Below are positions 45,588 to 53,990 of a stretch of DNA of 64,000 bases, in pieces (positions within the stretch are counted from its first letter, which is position 1; each line of letters opens with the position of its first letter). The position numbers and the translations under genes were made by a program. Origin of the DNA: Bacteroidota bacterium. GTDB taxonomy: Bacteria; Bacteroidota; Ignavibacteria; UBA10030. Where the stretch lies: the NCBI GenBank assembly GCA_025454835.1, contig JALONQ010000004.1:111144-175143 (forward strand), read 5' to 3'. Under the pieces are notes generated by a model. The model was not told where the DNA came from and searched no databases. It saw only the letters and a program-made list of their open reading frames with translations.

Positions 45588-46760
45588 CTAGAATCGGGCG
45601 TTGATGAGCGGCAGATACCGCGCCCACGACGGGTTCGACTCGACGATGTTCAGCACCCCGAGTTGAACTCCGAAGAGGTCTTCGGCGTGGTTCAACACAC
45701 CGATTGTGATACCGCTTTGTCTTCCATAGGTGCGGTTGTACGCCGCCATCGTCAGGCCCTTGAGGGCGGAACTTTCCGTCCAGATGAGTCCCAAATTGAT
45801 CCCCGTGATCGAGCGGCTTTCGTTCTTGTAGAGGGCGATGTTGAATCCCGTGACGCCGCCGTCGGCCCTGATCTGCCCCAACGTGACGTTGATACCGACC
45901 GCTTCGCGCTCGGTGAAAACGGCCGCTCCGCCGAACGAGATGCCGGTGATGCACCTCTGCGCCACGAGTCCCAGACCGCTGAGGTTGATGCCGGTCATAC
46001 ACCCTTGCGCCACGAGTCCCAAACCTGCCACACTGAACCCGGTCATGTCTCCCTGGGCGACGGTCCCAAGTCCCGCGAAGTTGATCCCGGTCATGTCACC
46101 TTGCGCAACCGTCCCCAGCCCGGAGAAGTTCAAGCCAAGCATGTTGCCCTGCGAGACCGCCCCGAGACCGGCGATGTTGACGCCGCTCATGTCCCCTTGC
46201 GCGACCGTGCCAAGGCCCGCAACGTTGATGCCTGTCATACTCCCTTGCGCGACCGTGCCGAAACCGGCAAGGTTGATCCCGAGGAGATCCCGCTGGGCGA
46301 CGATACCGAAGAGCGCCGCCGTGGCGCCCGTGATGGACCCTTGCGCGACGACGGCCAAGCCGCCGAAGGCAATGCCGTTGACGTCGCCTTTTGATACGAT
46401 ACCGAGGCCGCCGAGAAAGATGCCGTTCATTTCGCGCTCGGCCAAGATCGCCCCCAAAGTCACGCCGGCACCGTTGATCACTTCACCCGAGGGAGCGACC
46501 AGTCCCAGGGCCAGCCCATTGATCCTTCCCTGCCACGGACCCGGGGCTGGCTTCCATAGAGTGACATTCGCGCCATTGACGTATTCCAGCTCGTCGTCGG
46601 ACCAGTTGAAACGGATGCCTGTGATGCGCTGAACGTGGCCGAACCCGATGCCGACGTCGCTTGTGCCCACGAGAAAACCTTCGGATGGGCGTCGGTCGTC
46701 TTGGGCGTTAGCGATCGAGAATGACAGGAAGAGAAGTAGCGCTGTGGCGGTCGTTTTCAT
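45588..46760 (-). CDS. secreted protein composed of ~18 tandem 16-residue Gly-rich repeats (predicted beta-solenoid)
   Basis: A signal peptide (MKTTATALLLFLSFSIANAQ) is followed by the repeat G(I/V)N(x)AGLGTVAQGDMT, for example GINVAGLGTVAQGDMSGVNIAGLGAVSQGNMLGLNFSGLGTVAQGDMTGINFAGLGTVAQGDMT. I did not recognise a named family. Confidence 0.6.
   Translation of the reverse strand: MKTTATALLLFLSFSIANAQDDRRPSEGFLVGTSDVGIGFGHVQRITGIRFNWSDDELEYVNGANVTLWKPAPGPWQGRINGLALGLVAPSGEVINGAGVTLGAILAEREMNGIFLGGLGIVSKGDVNGIAFGGLAVVAQGSITGATAALFGIVAQRDLLGINLAGFGTVAQGSMTGINVAGLGTVAQGDMSGVNIAGLGAVSQGNMLGLNFSGLGTVAQGDMTGINFAGLGTVAQGDMTGFSVAGLGLVAQGCMTGINLSGLGLVAQRCITGISFGGAAVFTEREAVGINVTLGQIRADGGVTGFNIALYKNESRSITGINLGLIWTESSALKGLTMAAYNRTYGRQSGITIGVLNHAEDLFGVQLGVLNIVESNPSWARYLPLINARF
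45666..46526. repeat. 48-bp tandem coding repeats (about 18 units; most regular at 45945-46280)
   Basis: The DNA shows reiterated ...gaccgtgccaag/gccgg/aa.ccggc.a(g/c)gttgat(g/c)cc.gtcat... units that match the 16-aa protein repeats. Confidence 0.6.
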
Positions 46761-46969
46761 GATGCGGGTCGTCGGTGTGCATGGGATGTGCAACGACAGA
46801 GTATACTCCTTGAACCGCCCCTTTGTTACAAGGGTTGCCGCCAGTGCGCCAGCACGATGGAATTGCCCCTTCTTCCGGAATGGTCCGGACGGCGTTCGGC
46901 CCGGATGCACAGGTGCGGTGACGTTTCGCCGGAGCCCGCCGATCCGGGGGGCTGGCGATGATGCGCCGA

Positions 46970-47248
46970 CTATCTCGTAAGCAATATCCGGTGCATGACG
47001 TGACGACCTTGGTGGTCGAGGCGGGCCAGGTAGAATCCTGCAGGGAGGTCGTCGGCCGAGAACTCTACGGAGTAGTTGCGTCCCGGCTCGACGGTGCCGT
47101 TGAAGAGGGTCTTGATCTGCTGGCCCAGTGTCGTGAAGACACGCAGAGTAGCGATGCCTTCAGAAGGAACGCTGAATCGCACCTGCGTGCTTGGCCGATC
47201 CGGGAGCCGGGCACTTTCGATCGACCAGCGGGTCTGCAATGGGTCCAT
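46970..47248 (-). pseudogene. orphan T9SS C-terminal sorting domain (Por_Secre_tail) fragment, 92 aa
   Basis: The ORF reads VRFSVPSEGIATLRVFTTLGQQIKTLFNGTVEPGRNYSVEFSADDLPAGFYLARLDHQGRHVMHRILL. This is a complete CTD with only about 20 aa preceding it. There is no cargo domain, and the upstream DNA is the tRNA/hairpin region. Confidence 0.45.
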
Positions 47249-47392
47249 AGAAGGTCAACCCTGGCTTTGTATCGGCCTTGTGTTGAAACACGACGATGGA
47301 GTACACACCAAAGACGCGACGCGGGATCCAACACGTCCCGCCAGAACGGGCCATTGGTAACCACGGCGATGCCCAGCGAGAGGCATCATGCG

Positions 47393-47804
47393 CGGACGCT
47401 GTAGGGATCGGATCCCTCGATATCCTCGGGACTTCGGGCCGCTTTGGTAACTTGCGGCCCTCAGCCTACGACCTCTGCCTTCGCTTGCGCTTCGGCGGAC
47501 AGGCCCGCCTTGTCCCAATTCGGCCCGCGAACGATTCTTGTGAGCGGATGCCGAATTGAGGACCCCGCCGATGTTGGGCGGGGTAAGGGCAGCGCTCTGA
47601 ACCAGCCCGTCACCCGCAGTGCGGGTGACGAGGCCTCGTCCCACCTTCGGTGGGACGGGCTGAGCCCCGTCACGCCCGAAGTTGCCACGCAACTTCGTTG
47701 GCGTGACGCGGGTCCCTGCCTGCCGGAGTGAACTCCGTCACGCAGGCAGGCTCGTTCCGCCTACGAGCTTGCTGCGCAAGCTCGGGCGGAACGGGACTAA
47801 GCGT
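47393..47804 (-). other. second tRNA-Val copy interrupted by three hairpin-rich insertions (pseudo-tRNA or unconventional intron-containing tRNA)
   Basis: All four segments of the intact tRNA recur in order on the same strand: cggacgctgtagggatcg (47393-47410), cctacgacctctgcctt (47465-47481), gtaagggcagcgctctgaaccagc (47583-47606), ctaagcgtcc (47795-47804). They are separated by inserts of 54, 101 and ~188 nt in the T-loop, the 3' side of the anticodon loop, and the D-loop. Two nt (aa) and four nt (tgag) are missing at two junctions. Confidence 0.5.
47607..47794. repeat. array of five consecutive bipartite GC-rich stem-loops (CGTCAC...GTGACG-type)
   Basis: The hairpins are: gtcacccgc-agt-gcgggtgac; cgtcccacc-ttcg-gtgggacg; ccgtcacgcc[cgaagttg-ccacg-caacttcg]ttggcgtgacg; cctgcctg[ccggagt-gaa-ctccg]tcacgcaggcagg; gttccgcc[tacgagcttg-ctgcg-caagctcg]ggcggaac. 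Confidence 0.6.
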
Positions 47805-47833
47805 CCACATCTTCCCAGCAGCGCGAATGACCG

Positions 47834-47908
47834 TGGACGCTGTAGGGATCGAACCTACGACCTCTGCCTTGTAAGGGCAGCGCTCTGAACCAGCTGAGCT
47901 AAGCGTCC
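47834..47908 (-). tRNA. tRNA-Val (anticodon TAC)
   Basis: The reverse complement is GGACGCTTAGCTCAGCTGGTTCAGAGCGCTGCCCTTACAAGGCAGAGGTCGTAGGTTCGATCCCTACAGCGTCCA. It folds as a cloverleaf: acceptor GGACGCT/AGCGTCC, D-stem GCTC/GAGC, anticodon stem CTGCC/GGCAG with loop CTTACAA, T-stem GTAGG/CCTAC with loop TTCGATC. CCA is not encoded. Confidence 0.9.
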
Positions 47909-47988
47909 TTTCATTAATGTACTCAAATTGGATTAATCCCACCCGATTGCGTATTGTTGATATCGTGAAAGCCACCACACAAAGCAGA

Positions 47989-50745
47989 ATGAAGAACAGC
48001 GGTCACCGGGGCCTGCGAGGGCTGTGTGCGTTGCTGACCTGCCTCACACTTTTCGAACCGGCCGTCGCCCAGTTACGCCCCGGGAACCTCACGAGCTGGA
48101 CCATCCAAGAGAATGTCGTCACGCTCGGAGCGACCGACTTTCGCTACCGCATCCGGTTTGTCAACGATCGCACGGCACGCGTGGACGTCCTCCCGTTCGC
48201 CCTCTCGGCGCCCGAGTCGTCACTCGTAGTGGACCCTCTCCCCGCCGCTTCGGTCACGACGATGGAGACCGATTCTTCGGTCGTCGTGACCACAGGCTCG
48301 CTGACCGTACGCGTGCACAAGCATCCGATGCGGCTCGCGTTCGAAGGACCGATGCTCGGTTCGGTCATGCGCGAGACGCAGGAGATCAGCGCGTCGGTGC
48401 TCGGCAACCTGCGCGCGATCTCCTTCGCACTGGAGCCGGGCGCTCGCATCTACGGCTCGGGTCCGCGCAGCACGCAACTCGATCTTCGGGGGGCGGCGTT
48501 CGACCTGTGGAACTCGCAGGTCTTCGGCTATTCCACGCCCGTCGCGACGATGAACGCGAATGTCCCGGTCTTTCTGTTCTCCACCAACCTTGCGGTCTTC
48601 GTCGACCATTGGCACCGCGGTCGCGCCGACTTCGGCGTCGGACGTCCAGACGCATGGGGCTATGAGATCGACGGCGGAGAGCTCTCTTACTATGTCATGG
48701 CGGGAACGTCATACCAGGATCTGATCGATCTGTATACCCAGCTGACGGGCCGGCCCTCCCTCCCTCCCCGCTGGACGCTCGGATATCTCCAATCGAAGTT
48801 CGGCTATCAGAACGCGACAGAAGCGCTGACGATGGCGTCGACGCTGCGTGCGCTCGGCATTCCCGCCGACGGACTCATCCTCGATCTCTACTGGTTCGAC
48901 CGGATGGGCGATCTGGCCTGGAAGGCCTCCGCGTGGCCCGATCCGGCCGGCATGATCGCCCAACTGCGAACACTTGGCCTGAAGACGATCGTGATCACGG
49001 AGCCGTACGTCACGGCGTTCTCGGGCCTGTATGCCGAAGGCCAATCGCTCGGTCACTTCGCCAAGAATGCGGCCGGGTCGTCGCGGTTGATCCCCAACTG
49101 GTGGTCGTGCAACTGCAATGCGGCGTTGGTCGACCTCACCTCTCCGGCGGCGCGCGCCTGGTGGTGGAGCAAGCATCCGTCCTTCCTGGACGCCGGCGTG
49201 GCAGCGCTCTGGACCGACCTTGGCGAGCCCGAGTCGCATCCTTCCGACATGGTGCATCATTTGGGCGATGCGTCCCGCGTCCACAATCTCTACAACCTGC
49301 TCTGGTCGCGGACCATCGCCGAGGGGTGGGCTGCGTACCGGCCGGACGAGCGCCTGTTCAATCTCACGCGGTCGGGCTGGGCAGGCAGTCAGCGGTACGG
49401 CACGGCCCTCTGGTCGGGGGACGTCAGCAAGACCTTTGGCGGACTCGCCGCCCAGCGGGCGATGATGCTCAATGCGGGATTGTCGGGACTCGGATGGTTC
49501 CACAGTGACATCGGAGGGTTCTGCTGCGGCACGTCGCCGACGGAGCTCTACATCCGCTGGATGCAGTTTGGCGCATTCGCTCCCATTATGCGGGCCCATG
49601 GGACCGGAGGACCGACGGAACCGTGGGGATTCGGCGATCAGGCGCTCCTCATCGCCCGCGACCTCATCCGGCTGCGCTATCGACTCATCCCGTATTGGTA
49701 TACGCTGGCGCACGAGCAGTCCGTCACGGGCATGCCGCCGGTACGACCGCTCTTCATGCTCGATCCTGACGATCCGGCGCTGGCCAACGAATCGCGCGCC
49801 TGGATGGTGGGACACGACCTGCTCGTGGCGCCGGTGACGCAGGACGGCGCCCGGTCGGTCACATTTCGCCTTCCGATCGGCACGTGGGTCGACTGGTGGT
49901 CCGGCGAACGCATGCTGGGAGCACGCGACGTGACCGTCAGCGCGCCGCTCGATCGCGTTCCGCTCTTCGTCCGCTCCGGAAGCATCGTGCCGCTGGGGCC
50001 GGTAATGCAGTGGTCCGACGCACGACCTCTCGACACGCTCACCTTCGTCGTCCATCCAGAGCCATCCCGCTCGCCATCCGCGACCATCTACGAAGACGAC
50101 GGCGTCAGTCACCAGTATCTGTCGGGAGCGTTCAACCACACGTCGATCGAACAGACGTGGACCTCCTTCAACGCCCAGCCGTCGATGGTTTTTCAGTTGA
50201 CTTCCGGGGACGGCACTTACGCCGGCAAGCCGTCAACGCGGGCGGTCGTCCTCGACATCCGGCATCTCGAAGAGGCGCCGCTCAGCATCAATGTGAACGG
50301 GAGGATCGTGGCCCCCTACGCTTCCTGGGATGATGTCCTGCAGGCCGGGGAAGGCGGGATCTATGACGCCTCCATGCATCGGCTCCAGGTTCTCTTCCGC
50401 GCGTCGGGCGACAGCGCGTATCAGGTCATCATGACCGACACGCGCGTGACCGCGGTCGCCGACCGACAGGAGATACCCGTGGGGATCGGACTGGAACAGA
50501 ATTTCCCGAATCCGTTCAACGGGGAAACGGTGATCGGGTATCGGGTAGCGGGATCCAGGCAGTGGGTCGAGGTTTCAGTCGCGGACGTCCTGGGAAGGAC
50601 CGTCGCAACCCTCGTCGACGAATGGAAGGAACCGGGAGCGTTTCAGGTGAGGTGGCATGTGGGCCCCCTGCCGTCGGGTATCTATTTCTGCAGGTTACGG
50701 GCGGGAGGAACAACTCTGACAACAAGGATGGCGCTGATCAAATGA
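47989..50745 (+). CDS. secreted GH31 alpha-glucosidase with T9SS C-terminal sorting domain
   Basis: The GH31 catalytic region is present (WTLGYLQSKFGYQNATE...GLILDLYWFD...LWTDLGEPES...GWFHSDIGGFCCG). It has a signal peptide (MKNSGHRGLRGLCALLTCLTLFEPAVAQ) and a C-terminal Por_Secre_tail (LEQNFPNPFNGETVIGYRVA...SGIYFCRLRAGG). Confidence 0.85.
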   Translation: MKNSGHRGLRGLCALLTCLTLFEPAVAQLRPGNLTSWTIQENVVTLGATDFRYRIRFVNDRTARVDVLPFALSAPESSLVVDPLPAASVTTMETDSSVVVTTGSLTVRVHKHPMRLAFEGPMLGSVMRETQEISASVLGNLRAISFALEPGARIYGSGPRSTQLDLRGAAFDLWNSQVFGYSTPVATMNANVPVFLFSTNLAVFVDHWHRGRADFGVGRPDAWGYEIDGGELSYYVMAGTSYQDLIDLYTQLTGRPSLPPRWTLGYLQSKFGYQNATEALTMASTLRALGIPADGLILDLYWFDRMGDLAWKASAWPDPAGMIAQLRTLGLKTIVITEPYVTAFSGLYAEGQSLGHFAKNAAGSSRLIPNWWSCNCNAALVDLTSPAARAWWWSKHPSFLDAGVAALWTDLGEPESHPSDMVHHLGDASRVHNLYNLLWSRTIAEGWAAYRPDERLFNLTRSGWAGSQRYGTALWSGDVSKTFGGLAAQRAMMLNAGLSGLGWFHSDIGGFCCGTSPTELYIRWMQFGAFAPIMRAHGTGGPTEPWGFGDQALLIARDLIRLRYRLIPYWYTLAHEQSVTGMPPVRPLFMLDPDDPALANESRAWMVGHDLLVAPVTQDGARSVTFRLPIGTWVDWWSGERMLGARDVTVSAPLDRVPLFVRSGSIVPLGPVMQWSDARPLDTLTFVVHPEPSRSPSATIYEDDGVSHQYLSGAFNHTSIEQTWTSFNAQPSMVFQLTSGDGTYAGKPSTRAVVLDIRHLEEAPLSINVNGRIVAPYASWDDVLQAGEGGIYDASMHRLQVLFRASGDSAYQVIMTDTRVTAVADRQEIPVGIGLEQNFPNPFNGETVIGYRVAGSRQWVEVSVADVLGRTVATLVDEWKEPGAFQVRWHVGPLPSGIYFCRLRAGGTTLTTRMALIK

Positions 50746-51318
50746 GATCATACCTGTTGTCTGCGAAATGCGAATTGTCACGCTCGTACTAGAAGGGAGA
50801 GCTTCCCTCCTCTTCAATTCGCAATTGACAATCCGCCGCACCGCGGCCTGCCAGCGACGTGCATGGTCTATTCCTTGAACGTGGCAAGCGGCAGGCAGGC
50901 GCTTCGCGGCAATTCGAAATCTCCACTAGCAGGGTGCTGAAAAACTCCCATTGAAAGAGTTTCACGCAAGGACGCAAAGACAGCAATGTGCGCAAAGGGT
51001 CGATTCTGATTCGTTTTGCGCCGCGGCCTTTGCGTACGCGATATCCAAAGCACGCGGCGGTCGCCGCCTGCCTGCCGAGAATGGAGCTGTTTGTAGAAGC
51101 GGTCTCAGAAACCCAGAATTCACAAAAACAAGCGTTTCACCCAGCGACCGCAGCGGAAGCAACGATCGCAGCGGTAAGAAACGAGCACCTTTGGAAAGCG
51201 TTGCGGCCGCTGCCAACGTCGCGAACCTGCCTGCGTGTCGCAGTCAGGCAGACGCCGCGCAAAACATTTTTGAGACTGCTTCTAGTCAGGCAGGCGCGAA
51301 ACCTTCTTCAGCATCCTG
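50746..51318. other. 573-bp GC-rich non-coding interval between convergent genes with multiple palindromes
   Basis: There is no protein-like ORF. The interval contains gcgaattg...caattcgc, repeated cctgcc/ggcagg inverted motifs, and gcgcaaa...tttgcgc. Confidence 0.35.
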
Positions 51319-52104
51319 CTAGATCTTCTCCACATCCCCCTCTCTCACCCATCCTACCTTGCCGTCGGCCAGCAAGATGCGAGTCCAGCCGTCGACTGTC
51401 AGGCCGACCTCCACCTTGAGCCCTTCGTGGATGACGAACGCGTCCACGGCATTCGCATCAGGTGATGAGCGGACCGTCACGGTCGGCGTGAGAACGATGC
51501 CTGAATGGTCCTCGCTCAACGCTGTCATCTGAGCAAGCCACAGCGCGCCGAACAGCACCGCCAGCGGTACCGCGGCGAAGAACGTGATCCGCGACCACTG
51601 CACCACAGCCGCCGTCCGGGCAAGATAGAGGGCGACCAACGACGCGAACACGATCGTCCAAAAGGCCAGGAAGAGCATTCTCGAGACCGCCGGCGACAGC
51701 ACCTCGCTCACGGAGCGCAGCCACGCCACGAGAAAGAACTCGGGGACCGGATCGATGCGATCGACGGCTCTGAGCCGGGCCAGCCGCAAATTGTGCGCGA
51801 CGTCGTCGTCCGTCGGCAGAAGGCGGGCGGCCCGTTCAAACGCGAGGATCGCCCTTCCAACATTGCCGTCCCGGTAGTACGCGTTGCCGAGGTTGAAGTA
51901 CACTTCCCCGCTGACCAGCTCCCGCTGGACGATCGACTCATACATCCGGGCCGATTCGGCGAACGCGCCGGCCCGATAGAGGTCGGAGGCGCGTACGAAG
52001 GCCGAATCCGGAAGCTCCGCCATCGCGACCATTGACCAGCAGGTCAGAGCGGCCATGAGGGCGATCCGCCGTGCTCCGATCCAATGCATGAGTTCTGACC
52101 TCAT
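51319..52104 (-). CDS. batE: BatE-like protein (TPR repeats + C-terminal SH3b domain)
   Basis: TPR motifs (AESARMYESIVQ...YFNLGNAYYRDGNVGRAILAFERAARLLP), a membrane segment and C-terminal SH3-like GWTRILLADGKVGWVREGDVEKI are present. The start is at the Met (MRSELMHW) overlapping the batD stop (ATGA). Confidence 0.6.
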   Translation of the reverse strand: MRSELMHWIGARRIALMAALTCWSMVAMAELPDSAFVRASDLYRAGAFAESARMYESIVQRELVSGEVYFNLGNAYYRDGNVGRAILAFERAARLLPTDDDVAHNLRLARLRAVDRIDPVPEFFLVAWLRSVSEVLSPAVSRMLFLAFWTIVFASLVALYLARTAAVVQWSRITFFAAVPLAVLFGALWLAQMTALSEDHSGIVLTPTVTVRSSPDANAVDAFVIHEGLKVEVGLTVDGWTRILLADGKVGWVREGDVEKI

Positions 52105-53978
52105 GATCGTTTGAACGATTGTTCGATGGCTTCGATCGCACGAGAAGCCGCGCCGAGAAGGTCTTGCCGGGCCTCGCGCGTGTCGGCACCGGGCGCATAG
52201 CGGGCATACTCTGCTCGTTCCATGCATTGTCGGACCCCCGCGAGGATCTCTTCTTGTACGCCTTTCGTCGCGAGCCGAGCAAGGATCTCCTCGGAACTCA
52301 TCGATGCTTTCGGCATCCGGAGCTTATGCTCGAAGTAGCTCATCAACGCTCGTAACAGCTCGGCATGGTACTGTTCACCATTGCCCTGCGCGAGCAGCTT
52401 CTTTGCCTGTTGCAGCCGCTTCGAAACTTCCCGGCCGGCGCGCTCGAATCGGAGGGTAGGCAGGTCACCGTAGATCCGTTCCATGCGACGCCGCGCCACG
52501 TACGCTCCGACGAAGGCCAGGGGCGGCAGCAGCAAGAGCGCCCATGATGCCATGCCAAAGCGGCCCGCACCTTCGGCCGGTTCCAGGTCCCCGGCGTCGA
52601 GCTTCAGGAACCGGATATCCTGGCCGAGCAACCGGACATCCTCTTTGCTGAACCCTTCTGCCGACATTGCGAGTTCTCGGCCGGGGAGGACCTTCAACTC
52701 GAATCGGGGCGACGACAAAGTGACGTACGATCCCTTGGACGGGTCGAAGTAGCTGAACCGCATCGGCTCGATGACGCGGCGCCCCTCGTTGCGCGGGACG
52801 AGGACGATCTCGGCCGACTTCGTACCGCTCACCGCGCCGCCTTCGCGCGAGATCTCCTCGGTGACCTTCGGCTCGAACATCTCAAGATCGCCCGGCACGA
52901 CCGGCTTCGGCAATGTAAGCAGTTTCAGATTGCCCGTCCCCTTGACGGCCATACGAAGGGTCACGGCATCGCCCGCCTTGACCTCCTGCTTGTCCACGGA
53001 GGCGGTGAAAGCATAGCGGCCGACGGCGTTGCCGAACCCTTCCGGCGCGCCGGGCGGCAGCGGATCGACGGTGATCGTCAGCGGCTCCGAGGCGAACGAC
53101 AACTCGACGGTCTGGACATTCTGGAAGAACGGGTCGTTGAAGAACTGATCGAACGGGTCGCGACTGCGATTGTGTGTGCGGAGCTGGACGGCGGCGACGA
53201 GTTCCATGGGACCGACCTGGAGGCGGCCGACCTGCGACGGAAAGAGGGCTGTGCGCTTCAGGACGGCAGCGCGGTACTGTTTCCCGTTCAGGGTCTCCGT
53301 CGGCGGCTCAGCCTGCTTCGGCAACTCAAAATCCTCCCCCCAGAAGCCCTCGAACGTCGGGATCTTGGAGATGCGCGAAAGCGACGTGGCGACGCGGTAG
53401 TAGATCTTCCAGGTGACGGTCACTTGTTCGCCCAAGCGGACGCGCTTGCGGTCGGCTGTGGCGACGAGGACGATGTTGTCGCCCACTGCTTGCGCCGCGC
53501 CGGCATCCTGCTCGCCCGCTTTCGGGGCTGGCTTCCCCTTCTCCACGACGACCTTCACTGGCTCAGTTCTGACCGTCGAACCCTTGTACTCGACGCTGGC
53601 AGGTCCGAGCGTGTACGTCCCCGGTTCGCGCGCGTAGAGGACGTACGAATAGACGAGCTGGACCGAGGCCCGCATGTTGATGAACTGGATGGACTGCGAC
53701 GTATTCGGTCCGCTGATCACGACGAACTTGCCGAAGTCGGGGGGCTTCAGGCCGCTCGGCAGGGTCGTGCTATTCCCGCTGAAGGTCAGATGCAGCTGGA
53801 ACTGCTCGCCCGCGCCCACCCGATCGGGATCGACGGAGGCGATGAACGTGGCGTCTTGGGCGAGCAACGTTCTCGATACCAGGAGGGTCAGGCAAAGGAC
53901 CCAGGATGCTATGGAGTAGCGAAGAAACACGAGGTGGATTGTCGATGTTCGAATTCCGATTTTCGATCTACGGCGCAC
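52101..53978 (-). CDS. batD: BatD-like oxygen-tolerance protein
   Basis: It has a signal peptide, a large beta-rich extracytoplasmic region, one TM (ASWALLLLPPLAFVGAYVA) and a cytoplasmic helical tail. It sits in the moxR/bat operon. Confidence 0.65.
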   Translation of the reverse strand: MRRRSKIGIRTSTIHLVFLRYSIASWVLCLTLLVSRTLLAQDATFIASVDPDRVGAGEQFQLHLTFSGNSTTLPSGLKPPDFGKFVVISGPNTSQSIQFINMRASVQLVYSYVLYAREPGTYTLGPASVEYKGSTVRTEPVKVVVEKGKPAPKAGEQDAGAAQAVGDNIVLVATADRKRVRLGEQVTVTWKIYYRVATSLSRISKIPTFEGFWGEDFELPKQAEPPTETLNGKQYRAAVLKRTALFPSQVGRLQVGPMELVAAVQLRTHNRSRDPFDQFFNDPFFQNVQTVELSFASEPLTITVDPLPPGAPEGFGNAVGRYAFTASVDKQEVKAGDAVTLRMAVKGTGNLKLLTLPKPVVPGDLEMFEPKVTEEISREGGAVSGTKSAEIVLVPRNEGRRVIEPMRFSYFDPSKGSYVTLSSPRFELKVLPGRELAMSAEGFSKEDVRLLGQDIRFLKLDAGDLEPAEGAGRFGMASWALLLLPPLAFVGAYVARRRMERIYGDLPTLRFERAGREVSKRLQQAKKLLAQGNGEQYHAELLRALMSYFEHKLRMPKASMSSEEILARLATKGVQEEILAGVRQCMERAEYARYAPGADTREARQDLLGAASRAIEAIEQSFKRS

Positions 53979-53990
53979 GAAAGACGCCGC

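Noticed and set aside
47482-47582. Group I intron in the anticodon loop of the second tRNA-Val copy
   Set aside because: The 101-nt insert is far shorter than group I introns (over 200 nt). I saw none of the conserved P/Q/R/S elements. Two other inserts at non-intron positions and the junction deletions favour a pseudogene.
43080-47900. tRNA-associated genomic island downstream of tRNA-Val
   Set aside because: There is no integrase, no direct repeat of only the tRNA 3' end, and no obvious cargo genes. The tRNA-proximal copy is a full interrupted tRNA rather than an att site.
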